A DNA stretch of 64,000 nt from Eledone cirrhosa. Taxonomy: Eukaryota. A program made the translations under genes and the position numbers. Positions 42,056-54,700 of this stretch are shown in pieces. The notes below the pieces were generated by a model, which was not told where the DNA came from, made no database searches, and worked only from the letters and a program-made list of their open reading frames with translations. The stretch covers positions 35,030,001 to 35,094,000 of the forward strand of contig OZ024740.1 of the NCBI GenBank assembly GCA_964016885.1, given 5' to 3'. Each line of letters begins with the position of its first letter. The stretch's first letter is position 1.

Positions 42056-42499
42056 CAGATATTTTTATAAATTGTTCTTGTAGAATTACTCTTTTGTATT
42101 CATTTGTTCTATTTAATTTCTGTTCGGTTGTTAGGTTGTCTTATGCATCTCCCCGGCGCATAAAAATTGCTTTAAAGCACTGTACGATCTTACTATAATA
42201 ATTCAATTCTATCCTAGTGTACAAAGTTATATTTATAGTTGGTGGCCGAAGAGTGGAAGAGATGCTTGTATTCGTTTGTCGTTTACGTTGGTTTTTATGT
42301 GCACTTTTGCTAATATATATACTGTGCAGGTTTCCACGAGAGGACAATTGTCTTCGCAGCACTGATTTTCATTCATGCTGTGCGATTATCGTGTAGATCA
42401 CTAACACTCGAGACCTTGCTGCTCTGTTGCGGTTTGGGAACGAGAGGAGAAGGAATATAAGTATGAAGTTATGGACGTATATATAGCCGCGGGTGTGTA

Positions 42500-44110
42500 T
42501 GTATGTTCTGGTTTTATAATTTCACAAATGTTTGCCAATAGAAAGAGAGAGTGGGTTTCTAACATAGACACAAGACTCTCTCATTGGAATTTACATAACA
42601 ACAACTAGGTAGATATGTATGTCTGCATGCATATATGTGTGTGCAGGTATGGATATTATTGTATGTGTGGATGTGGATGTTTTCAGTTGTATGTGTGCAT
42701 GTGTATATGTTTTGTATCTGTACATGTGTATATGCAGTTATTAGATTGCGAATGTTTGGAATGATTTACATATTTTTACTGTTCCATTAATGGATTGTAC
42801 TTGTAATTTCCTAACTAGTCGTATTCTTTCTGTTCCTGTGAAGTCCAGCTTCTCAAGATGTGTATTGAGGCAGTTACTAACATATCCCAGTGTCTCAATA
42901 GTCACAGGTATAAATCTGAAGGTATAATCAGGGTGGAGTATCTGCAGATTTCTTATTAGTTCTGCATAGATATTCTCCTTTTCGCTAATCTCTAATATTA
43001 TATTGACACTACTGTGCATGCCTTCTTTTCCCTGTCCCATATCATTATATCTGGTCTGTTATGCCTGCATTTTATTGGGGTTTTTACTGGAAATTTCACC
43101 AATACTCTTTCATATTATATATATGTATCTCTTCCACATTGCTGTAGCTATTAATGTGTTTATCGTCAGGGTTATCTTTTCTAGGGATTGCATTGTACAG
43201 TGTTTTGGCCACTACATCATGCCTCATAGGTAGATAGTACCGTGATGACATCTTTGGACAGCTGCTTATGACATGGGTGACATCTTTGATGTTAATTCTG
43301 CAGAGTCTACACTTGTTGTCACATCTATGTGTTTTGCCTGCATCCCTATCTCTTTTGTGAATCAGGTATTTCGTGTTGATTTCCGTGTGGATTGCAAAAG
43401 TGTATCCTTCAAAGTGGGAGCAGTATAGCGGTTGTTGGTCCAAGATAGACTACTTTCCTTATCTATATTACTCTCACTTTGGAACTTCCTGGCAACATAT
43501 CCATACATGATTTTTTGCTGATAAGCCTGTATTTTTTCATCCATGGATTCACTGCGATACTGCTGAGCGACTTCCCTGGGTGTGAGTTTTTGATTATTAC
43601 ACAGGGAATATCTCTCGAGGAGTTCCTTCCCAACTCTCATGATCTTATCTGTCTCATGCAGATAGACTTGCTCGAGAGACGGGCTCCTATGCTTCGAGGT
43701 TCGTAAATGTTGACGGAAGGATATGATGTGACACTCAAATGCTGTCTGGACTGCTGTTAGGCCTCTGCTTACGTTTCAAGTAAAGGCGGTCTATGTCACT
43801 GTTGATGTGGAAGTTTCCGTTGTTGTTTAGTATTTTTCGAGTCCTAACATCAAACGCTCGGATTTCGTCTATCGTCCAATCGAGTATTCCAAACGTTGGT
43901 GTTAGGACAGGCACAGCTAACACATTGTGAGCCACTGTTTTATTGTGCACAGAGAGTTCCGATGACCCTATTCTTCTTAATCGGGTGTAGTATTCCGTGG
44001 TTACGCGTTCCTTATTACAAATACTATTATAGGATATATTCTCATCTATCCCCATGTATCTGTAGCACCCCTCGTCAGATATCGGTGAAACAGTTAGTCC
44101 AGATAAAAAT
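42500..44110 (-). mobile_element. 5'-truncated, frameshifted R4/Dong-like RLE non-LTR retrotransposon
   Basis: YRYMGIDEN, SELSVHNKTVAHNVLAVPVLTPTFGILDWT, SDIDRLYLKRK, zinc knuckle CRLC...THVISSC...RHD, an RLE remnant (NRPDI..WD...EKENIY..L) and a 3' UTR. Confidence 0.85.
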
Positions 44111-44217
44111 TTTGCTTGATTGGGTTGTAGTTTTTCTAAGTTTTACAGTCATATTTACACTTAGCTTAGCCAAACTCCTTTCCTATATCCTTTGAGAATG
44201 TAATCAGGTCAAGGTAT

Positions 44218-44492
44218 AAGTATGTATGTATGTATGTATGTATGTATGTATGTATGTATGTATGTGTGTGCGTATGTATGTATGTATGTATGTATGTATG
44301 TATGTATGTATGTATGTATGTATGTATGTATGTATGTATGTGTGTGTGTGTGTATGTATATGTGTGTATGTATGTGTGTGTGTATGTATGTATGTGCGTA
44401 TGTATGTATGTGCGTGTGTATGTATGTATGTATGTGTGTGTGCATGTGTGTATGTATGTATATATGTATGTATGTGTATGTATGTATGTATG
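44218..44492. repeat. (TATG)n/(TG)n microsatellite
   Basis: Directly visible; source of the MYVC ORFs. Confidence 0.95.
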
Positions 44493-45675
44493 TTCTGGTG
44501 ATTATTTTTTTACTTTTCACCAATACAGGGAGAGCAAGTTTCTAACACAGAAACAAAACTCTTTCATTGGAATTTAGACGACTAAGTAAATACGTATGTC
44601 TGTATGTGTTTGTGTGTACGTGTGTGTGCAGTTATGGGTGTTATTGTATGTGTGTGGATCTGAATGATTTGAGTTATGTGTACACGTAATTATGTTTCAA
44701 TATCTATACGTGGGGTCGATAAAATAAAGTACCAGTAATGCACTGGGTAATTGCTGGCCTTGTGCCTAAAGTAGAAACAATATCTATACGTGTGTATATG
44801 CAAAATGTCTGTATGTATTTATGTATGTTTGTATGATTTTTGTAAATATGTATGTATGTATGTATGTATGCATGTATGTCGGGTCACTCTTGAGTGCTAC
44901 TGGTAACATGTAACCCAGTAAAACCTGTCGCATGGTCGGGTCGTCGGTGACTAAACCGGCAACCCCACCAAGATTACTTGGTGAGGAGGGTGATTTTGAA
45001 CACCCTGCAGGACAAAAAACAAAACCTGACAAAGAGCGGAAGAACTCATAAGAGTCAACGGCCATCCCAAAATGTGTAAATATGTATATACATGTATGCA
45101 TGTGTATGTATATGCGCGGGGACATAGAAATAGTTGGGCTGGATACCCGATCGTGCGGTTAAACCACTGGGAATGGAAAACCCCTAGCCTTTGTCTTGGC
45201 ATTCTTCTAGGAGAAAGTAACTCAGGAAACTGGGATAACTCCGACATAAAACCTGCGGCTCAGTAACCGATGATGTTGATCTTTTCTTCTTTTCGGGTTA
45301 TAGCTACTGTCGCTCAGAGAGTGGGATTGGCTCAGTGCACAGTCTTTCCTCACTTAAAAAAATCTTTACGCACAGGCATTACACTATAGAATTAACTGAT
45401 AATTATTCATGTTATATCGTGTGATGGCCATACTCGATAACGAGGGGGCAGCCACCATGTATGTATTTTCTTTTGGCTTTATTATTTTTTTAATTTCTCA
45501 CCACTAGAGAACCGGTTTCTAACACAGAAACACGATTTATTGAACTTTTGACAACATAACTTAGGTAATTAAGTACGTATGATTATCTGTCTTATGTGAG
45601 TATATATATATATATATATACGTGGGAAAGTAAAACATCGGAGAATAGACCGTTAAAACATGTTTATTTAAAACA

Positions 45676-45715
45676 GCACCTACGTACGTTTCGCCCAGTT
45701 GGGCTTCTCAAGGGC
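45676..45715 (-). ncRNA. Minimal hammerhead ribozyme, U3-A8 core variant
   Basis: GCCC-TTGAGAA-GCCC-aact-GGGC-GAAA-CGTACG-TA^-GGTGC on the minus strand. Confidence 0.7.
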
Positions 45716-46184
45716 ATAAATAATGAAAAGTGTTCCTTATATTGCCCGGAAAGAGTTTTGGGGGTTAAATCCACATCAAGGTTCATTGCTCGCAAAAATA
45801 GCTTGTTTTGATTTTGCAGCAGGTCAAGGGAGGTAACTCTGGCCGGTGTTGGCATACGGTACTTGGCAAATAACTATATGTATCACCTATCCTCTCCTTT
45901 TTTTCTCTTTCCCGATACGTAAATACTGTGTATATATATATATATATATATATCAACCTGTTAGTTTTATCGTTACTTTGGTATATTATCGTGTGTTAGA
46001 TTTTGCCTACCACAATGTTCGATTTGTCAAGCTATTTAAACGTATGTTATTACTCTAAGGACCTACCTTATCGAGTGCTTTGCTAACTCATCATTTCATA
46101 TAGGTAGGCCGAATTTGCTTGCAAACCGCCAGAGATTCGATTTTACTAAATTTCCAATTATATATATATATATATATATATATC

Positions 46185-47400
46185 TGCGTATGTGTATGTG
46201 CAGGTATAGATGCTATTGCATGCGTTGATCTGTATGTTTTGACTTATATGTAGAAATATACGTATATTTCTATATCTTTACGTGTGTAAATGCAATTATT
46301 ACATCTACTGAGGCAGTTAGTAAATATATCAAAGTAACCCAATGATTACAGACACAAATCTAAAGATAGAGTCAAGGTGGAGTATTTGTAGATTCCTAAT
46401 TAGTGCAGCATAAATGTTCTCCTTTTCATTAATCTTTAACACTATATTGACATCTACTGGGCAGCTGATTTCTACTACTGTGCTTGCCTTATTTTCTCTG
46501 TCCCATATTTCTTTGTCTGGTCTGTTATGTTAGCATTTTATTGTGGTTTTGACTGGAATATTCAACCTTCTCTCTTCCATATCATGTATGTATATGTCCT
46601 CCGCACCACTAACTTTTAATATGTTTATTCTCAGGACTATCCTTTCGATGTATAGCATTATATAGTGTTTTGGACACTACATCATGCCTGCATCCCTATC
46701 TCTTTTGTACATCAGGTGTTTCATTGTTATTTCCTGTTCTTGGATTTCAAAAGCATATCCTTCAAAGCGAGAGCCAATATACCCGTTATTGGTCCAAGAT
46801 AGACTACTTTGCTTATCTATATTGCTCACACTTTGAAGCTTTCTGGTAACATAACTGTGCATCGGTTTTTTGCTGATAAACACGCAATTCTCCATGGAAT
46901 CGTTGCGGTATTGTATAATTTTTCTGAGTGTAAGAGTTTGATGACCGTACAGGGATTATTTCTCAAAGAGATCCTTCCCAACTTTCATGATGTTATCTGC
47001 TTCATATCATCAGACTTATTATATGGATGGGCTTCTATGATGGTTCCTAGATGTCCCAAATAATCCGGTTCAGGCTGTATACATTTTATACATTGAATTC
47101 TGGCATGCAGTCAGTCGGTAGATTTTCGCGAAATGTGTTTCTTTGTTTATTTCGGATACATCTTGCCTCTGCCAGTGACAACCAGCTTGGTATATGTGTA
47201 TTTCCATTGAGAACTTGCTGGTAGAGGTTGATAAGATACACCCGGTAGAAAGTCAGCTTTTTGTATCAGTAACCGGAAATCAAATTTCCTTCTGGAGCTT
47301 TCTTATCTTGAAGTTTTCCTCTCAAGGTGTCAAAATTGATACTGTACATATTTTGTGCAATGCAGGGTCAATGGTTAGTTCTGATCTCTTTTAACCAGGG
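46185..47400 (-). mobile_element. Second, internally deleted R4/Dong-like element
   Basis: SNIDKQSSLSWTNNGYIGSRFEGYAFEIQEQEITMKHLMYKRDRDAG is homologous to 43340-43500; RLE remnant PDKEIWDRE..VEISCPVDVNI; deletion across the zinc knuckle. Confidence 0.8.
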
Positions 47401-47624
47401 TCTTTCTGGGACGGAGTCTTAGTGATAATTGTTGATTTGCCTCTCTTAACTCTATAAAGATGATTGGTTTCGACTGAATTTTTTTTATTAACTTCGTTTT
47501 TGTCTACCAGTCTGTCTGTCTGTCTGTCTGTCTTTCAGTCTGTCTGTCAGTCTGAGACAATAATGAAGTATATAATTTGAAATTAATTTTATTTAATGTT
47601 ATTTCAACGTTTATACAATTTCAG

Positions 47625-47655
47625 AGACTTAAAGCAGAAGGCACAGAAGAAGTTG
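47625..47655 (+). CDS. ABCB1: Probable 31-nt micro-exon encoding the start of the ABCB linker (RLKAEGTEEV-)
   Basis: AT-rich tract ending TTTCAG|AGACTTAAAGCAGAAGGCACAGAAGAAGTTG|GTAAGT. Phase 0 entry matches the preceding exon; purine-rich and charged like a P-gp linker start. Confidence 0.6.
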
Positions 47656-47679
47656 GTAAGTAATTTAATGAAGTTTTTA

Positions 47680-48035
47680 ATCTAGGCACAAGGCCAACAA
47701 TTTTTGGGGGAAGGAAAAGTCGATTAAATCGACGCCAGTGCATTACTGGTACTTTATTTTATCGACCCTGTAAGGATGAAAGGCAAAGTTAACCTCAGCA
47801 GCATTTGAACTCAGAACGTAAATGGAGGTAACTCTATGCTGCAAAGCATGATGTCCAGCGCTCTACCGTAATATAATAATTGTTTCTATTTTTGGCACAA
47901 GGCCAGCTATTACCCCAGCGCATTACTGGTACTTTATTTTATCGACCCCGTAAGGATGAAAGGCAAAGCTAACCTCGACGGGATTTGAACTCAGACCGTA
48001 AAGGGACGTAACTATGCTGAAAAGCATGGCGTCCG
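47680..48035 (-). mobile_element. Two tandem Nin/Deu-like SINE copies
   Basis: Reverse complement of the 17281-17470 family. Confidence 0.85.
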
Positions 48036-48501
48036 AATAATGATTTCGTTTATTGGCCACAAGGGCCGATATAGCGTCCGAATAATGAAAGAGCTTATTG
48101 TCCAAATAGTTGTAGCCTAAGAAATTTCAACACACCGTCGTATGTTTCAATAAAATACTAAGTCAACTTAGTATTCCCAATCAACAATACAAAATTATAC
48201 CGGTCGCTCTCCGACAGGTTTGCGGTTGTACCCTTGGCAGTGGAGACTTCTGGTCTCCTCGGCCCTAGGGCTACCTCCCTATACTCACCACCATAGGCGC
48301 TGAGTTGGCCAGCCGCAGGTGTGAACTCGCGAGTTAGGGTGGCTTTTCTAGTGCGTTTCCCTTGCCGTCCTCCGAGGAAACGCCTTCTCCATCCTGTCCG
48401 CCGGGGCTGTGGGGAGGTCATTAATATGATTGACTGACTTGTCATTTTATCAGTCAGATATTCACCACAATTTGGACAGCTGAGAATACTCCTGCAGCCC
48501 T

Positions 48502-48570
<69 letters not shown>

Positions 48571-49271
48571 TTGAAACTATACAAATGTTTTGGGGAGTTT
48601 CAATTTTTTTATGCTAAACGATAAAAAAATTAAAAACTTTATAGCATCGTATAGAATATATAATGGACAAAAAGCCCACATAATAAAAACACCGTTCCTT
48701 TAGTAAACGTATTTAAGACTAATCAACAGAATTCGTAATATAATCGGCTTGTCTCCCCACAGCCCCGGCGGACAGAATGGAGAAGGCGTTTCCCCGGAGG
48801 ACGGCAAGGGAAACGCGCTGTTAAAGCTACTCCAACTCACGGGACTCACACCTGCTGCTGGCCAGCTCAGCGCCTATGGTGGTGAGTAGCTAGGTAGCCC
48901 TAGGTCCGAGACACACAATGGTAACATAGTAATATATACACACAAAAATATGTCTATACAAAACTATTATTCTCAGGTATTCAAGCATTAAGAGAATGTT
49001 GGAAGGTGGGTTAAAAGATAGTTTTATCAGGATGGGGGTGGAGAGCAGGCGTGTAGTTCGGTGTGCGGCGGTGGGGACCGAGGCCGAGTATCCGGTTTTA
49101 TCATTGATACTATTATATGTGTGCAGATGGAGAGCATTTTGTGTGAGTGTCGTTGATGTTATTTTACCTTTATGTGTGTGTGTGTCTGTGCGCGTGCGTG
49201 CGTATTTTGTGTATTTTGTCAGTATCGTCAATGGAAGAGTGTGTGTGTGTATATGTGTGTGTTTATGTGTT

Positions 49272-49346
<75 letters not shown>

Positions 49347-49430
49347 GGAGGTGAGTTTTATTGTAGTACAATAAAGCAATGCAGATATCGGATAAGAAGC
49401 ACTCTACAGTTTGTAGGACTGGAGTATACA

Positions 49431-49770
49431 TAATATATAAGAACAAAAGATGGTTAAAGGAGTTCCATGTATTTTATTATGCGCATTTCAAAAACAAACA
49501 TCATCATGCAATAATATTTGTGTTTTCATCAGATGAAACAGGAGGACATGATATGAAAGCTAAAAAACACTTGTGGATAGTGCAGTTTTAAATCAACATA
49601 TATGTTGATTTAAAACTGCACTATCCACAAGTGTTTTTTAGCCTTCATATCATGTCCTCCTGTTTTATCTGATGAAAACACAAATATTATTGCATGATGA
49701 TGTTTGTTTTTGAAATGCGCATAATAAAATACATGGAACTCCTTTAACCATCTTTTGTTCTTATATATTA
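49431..49770. repeat. 340-bp spacerless palindrome with a hammerhead in each arm
   Basis: Centre AATCAACATA|TATGTTGATT at 49600/49601; 170-bp arms with two mismatches seen. Confidence 0.92.
49663..49729 (+). ncRNA. Minimal type I hammerhead ribozyme (mirror on - strand 49472-49538)
   Basis: TTTTAT-CTGATGA-[AAACACAAATATTATT gc ATGATGATGTTTGTTTTT]-GAAA-TGCGCA-TA^-ATAAAA. Confidence 0.8.
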
Positions 49771-49979
49771 TATATATATATATATATTTATTAAAATAAC
49801 AGATTAAAGTTTAAGCAAAGAATCGCTGCTTTCACCCTTAACGGGATCTTCTGATCACTTTAATCTGTTATTTTAATAAATATTTGCTCTACGGTTCTTA
49901 TATATTTGATATATATTTATCCTTATCGAGCCCCCTTTGGATTTTAATCTTCAAATTTATTATTATTACTATATATATA

Positions 49980-51337
49980 TTGTTATACTTTGGGAGGGTC
50001 ATGTTGCCAATAAGAAACACACGCACCAGTAACTTTCACTCCAATTTATTATAAATTAAATTTATAAATTTAAGAATTTATAAATTTCCGGTTGGTTGGT
50101 TGGTTCCACAACCGGACGGTTGTTCATATATTGTCAAAGTTCTTTCGTCACACATTCTGTGACCACTTCAGTAACTGGGGATTCTTCTCTTTGTTTTGTG
50201 CCTCTCCTTTGTTCTGTCCTACGCCATCTTGTTTGTGTGTGTGTTGTATGCTTAGTTTGCGCATGTGTTACATCCGGGTGTCTGTGTGTGTTTTTATTTG
50301 CTTATTTATTTGTTTATTTACATGTTACTGGCTGGTTGTTTGTTCTATGTGTGTGTGTTTTCATGTTGTCCTTAATTGTAAGTTGTGATGTTGCTATTCC
50401 ATTCATGTTTTCTATTTAATTTTGGTTGGAGTTCATTTATGTTTATTGCCTCTGTGATTTGTCTAAACATTGCGTCTTTTCTGTGTGTAGATTTTATTTT
50501 TATTTCTATGTTATCTAATTTTCCCTTATGTTCTATTTTAGCATGTTGGTGGAGTACTGATGAATCTTTTCTATCTTGAAGCTTTCGTCAGTGTTCATTT
50601 AATCGTTCTCCTATACTACGAGCTGTCTCACCTATGTACACTATATTCTTATCTTTACATTGTCCTTCAGTACATCTTATGCTATATACTATATTTCTAG
50701 TTTTACAGTTAATATGGGGGCTTAGTTTACAGATTATGCATTTCTTATCTATACAGGGAGATCTTTGAAAAGGGTATGTATTACTAATAAGTGCTTTTAT
50801 GGAGGTACCTGGTCTTTCTACTATCTTAATATTTAGTTTAAGTTTATCTAGGGCCCTTCTAAATTTGTAAGCTAATTCACCTCTAGGGGTTGTATTGATG
50901 AACATTACACTCTGGTATTTATTGCTATCATACCATGAGTTTATTCTATTAACCTTATTCCTAGTTCTTTCTATTCTATTCCAAAATTTGCTCCTATACA
51001 AGGGGCAGGTCCCATTTGTATTATTATTTACCATTTTTTCCCATTTAGTTCTGGTTCCTCTATATACTCTGATTTTATCTCTCTGATTGTAACCAGAGAA
51101 CTGCATACGGTGGATGAAATGTTGTGTGTGTCTCTCTAGTTCTTTGGGGTTGCACATGCGGGAAACGTTTCTCATCACCCGTACTAAATCCGCAATCAGT
51201 ATGTTGATTTTGGTGTGATCCGAAACAGCTGAGTTTCGGTGGATCAGATATTTGGAAGTCATGGGTTTGGCATAATGGGAATGGAGGATATTAATGGTTT
51301 CTAACCAGAGCTCTGTGTCTAGTACAGGTAATTGATA
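49980..51337 (-). mobile_element. 5'-truncated Penelope-like element (RT thumb, Cys-rich linker, GIY-YIG, 3' UTR)
   Basis: [19 protein letters not shown]; C-x4-C-x2-C-x7-C linker; NIVYSIRC..C..VYIGETARS.GERLNEH*; the frame continues after one TGA to EAININELQPKLNRKHEW (stop at 50372). Degenerate hammerhead GTTA-CTGAAGT-g-GTCACA/TGTGAC-GAAA at about 50135-50175. Flanked by (TA)n. Confidence 0.88.
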
Positions 51338-51366
51338 TATATATATATTATATATATATATCATAT

Positions 51367-51474
<108 letters not shown>

Positions 51475-51639
51475 GTGATATATATAATATATATTTATAT
51501 ATATATTATATTTATATATATAGATAGATATAGATATAGATATATATACATATATATAGATATATATACATATATTTGTTTGAGCATATATATATTTATA
51601 TATATATATAATTTTGGCAACATGACCCTCCCAAAGTAT

Positions 51640-51700
<61 letters not shown>

Positions 51701-51706
<6 letters not shown>

Positions 51707-54700
51707 ATTAAATAAATGGAAACTATATTTATAAAACCATATTTATTTCATTATATATATTTCAGGGATATCATATTAACAATATGCTATGCCTTCCTCA
51801 GACAAAATACAATATAAACAGTTTTATAAATAAATAGATTTGACATACCGTAACAACATCGACTTGTATTTGAAAAGTTGAATTGGCAGTGAAAAAATTG
51901 TACACAGAGAGAAAGAAAGAGAGAAAAAAGGAAAGAAAGACAGAAAACGAAGAAAAAGAAGAAAAAAGAAGAAATGCATGGAACAAAATAGAGAGATGGA
52001 AAGATAGATAAAGAGAAGAACTTCATGTAAAGAGACAGAGAGAGAGATATATATATAGAGAGAGAGGAAATAGAGATAGATATATATATATAGAAAACTA
52101 GGTAGTGGGACGTCCGTTGAGTAAACGTATCAATGATACATTTATTTATTTATTTATTTATTTATTTAGCTCTAGTATTAATGTAAGGGAGATATATGTG
52201 GTTAGGAGAGAAACCAGCTGTTATATAGAGAGAAAAATTAAAAATTAAAAATAACCAGACATAGGCGAGGCATAAAAACCCTATGTTTTAATGTAGAGGT
52301 ATTAGTATGTATAAAAACCAGCCACTATATTGTAAATATCAGTATTCCTGAATGAGACATGTATCCATAATGTGTGAAAAGTAATGATCTTATGTTTAGT
52401 TTTAAAAAAAATTCATATGTTTATGTGATAACTACAAACATCTATGTGAATTTACATGATCAACTCTGCAAACCCTAAGTTCACGGAAAACATTCTCATT
52501 GTGCTATAAAAATTTAACTATACATATATGTGTATATATATACACACAAATATATATAGAGTCAATATTACTACTATTCCTGTCTTTACTCTACAAGATT
52601 ATCTATCAAGCAGAAATAGAGAGCAGATTTCAATATACTAATAAAAATATATATCAGAAACAAAACCAAAACCAACAATAATAATAATAATAAGTAATAA
52701 TAAAATAGAAAACTAAAAAATATTACGAAAGAATATTACATATTAAAAATATTACATATTAAAAATATTAAAAATAAAAATATTAGAAAATACTACAATA
52801 ATAAAAATAAACTACAAAGATCAACCCTTCAAAATTAATTGACAATATATTGCCAAGTTCATTATAAGCATCAGAGTCGAAAAACAGATAAAGCTAAAAA
52901 TTATTTATCAAATCGCATCTAGCAAAGATCATTTCAAAAAGTTTAGGATGCCCATTTGGTCTACATGTGTTCTTATATTTAATATAGAAGTTTATCTAGT
53001 GTAACGTTTATTCGAAATATTTGGAGCATCAACTTTTAGGGTAGCTTAATTTTTCATGAAGAATGTTTAAATAAAAATAAAAATAAAAATAAAAATAAAA
53101 ATAAAAAATAAAAAGAATAAAAAGAAGAAATCGAAAGATTTATCGGCTAGTTTCCCATATAATTATAAATCAAACTAAATATACTACATTTTAAATTTAA
53201 ATTTATATTTAAACGTTGAGTTTAATCTATGTTTGCAGCAACTGAATAAATTTGTCCGTAGATTAAGGGAATTTTTAGATTTTAGTATAAAGAATATCTC
53301 CTCTGCGCAGAGGTCACATGTCTCAGAGGATGAATTAAAAGGAATCCCTCTTGAGACTATATTCCAAGCCGTCGAATATCTAACGTTATCTAGCTTAAGT
53401 TGCCAGAGTACGCCTAATAGTGCCGTTGAAGATTTTTTGCTTGGATATGTGAAAGAATTCTTGTGGTTATTATAGCGAAGTTTAAATTCCGTCGATGTGG
53501 AACCGACGTAGTTAAAAGAATTAGAGTCAGTTTTAACATTTCAATTGTATACTATATTTTTAACTAAGCAGTTGTTATTTAACGGACATTTAGATCTATC
53601 TCTACAGTTACATTTGTTAACTTGTATATTATTTATGCTATTATCACTAGGTTTTAAGTTCCTATTATTTATTCTATTAATATTTTGTGCTAAATTTTTG
53701 GTGGATGAGTAGGTTAATTTTATAGTATGTCTATTGAAAATTGAGTGATACCTATGTGTTCTAGGGAAGCGATTATCAAGAGCTTTAAAAAATAGTTTAG
53801 CGATGTGGGTTTTAATGTTTAGTGAGAAAGGGGGGGGGGGGGGCAAACCAAATTATGTTCCTATTTCTATTTCTTTTTTGGCCTTTGGAATTATTGTAAT
53901 GCTTTCTATTATAGTTGTTAAGGTTGTTGCCGTAATTAAAATAGTTGTTATTTTGTTTAGTTTGTCTATCATTATCTATGTACATAATCTTATCAGCATA
54001 TCCTGCTCTAGCTAATGCTTCATTGTAGTATTGGGCTTTTTCGTCGAAAATCTTTCTATTCGACGAGATCCTAGAGATACGTTTTTGAACAGAGTTTACT
54101 ATAGTGTTTTTGACAGATCTGGGGTGGTTAGAGTTAAAGTTGACATAGTTTAAGTTTTCATTCAACTTGTGAAAAGGATAGTGAAGACATGTGTTGAGAT
54201 TTAATGTTATATCTAGGAAATTGACTATTCTATGGTTGTTCTCAATTTCTATTTTAAGATTAAAGTAATTAAAAAATTGTGTAATTTGTTTACATTTTCT
54301 ATTTAGTTCAGAGTTATTATTATCAATAAGTAAAAGCATGTCATCTCTATATAAACCTCCGGTAGTACCAGGTATTTTCCTATGTAGCGAATTGATTAAA
54401 AATAAGCACACAAGGTCAGTTACCTGAGCTGAGTCGGATGATCCCATAGTAATGTCAAAATTGCTATCTCTATCTGCTCTGGTCCATAGTTGGTCATTAA
54501 ATTCTATCAAAGTTTTCCTAGCCGATAATATAATATGCATTTCATTGCTAGTTAGGTCAGTATGTTTGAATGCGTAATTTAGTGCCTTATTTAGTAGATT
54601 AGATTCAGTTGCTGCAAACATAGATTAAACTCAACGTTTAAATATAAATTTAAATTTAAAATGTAGTATATTTAGTTTGATTTATAATTATATGGGAAAC

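Noticed and set aside
44880-45440. GC-richer block possibly a gene exon or ribozyme
   Set aside because: No ABC-transporter homology or clear splice pair; probably a repeat 5' region, but I cannot assign it.
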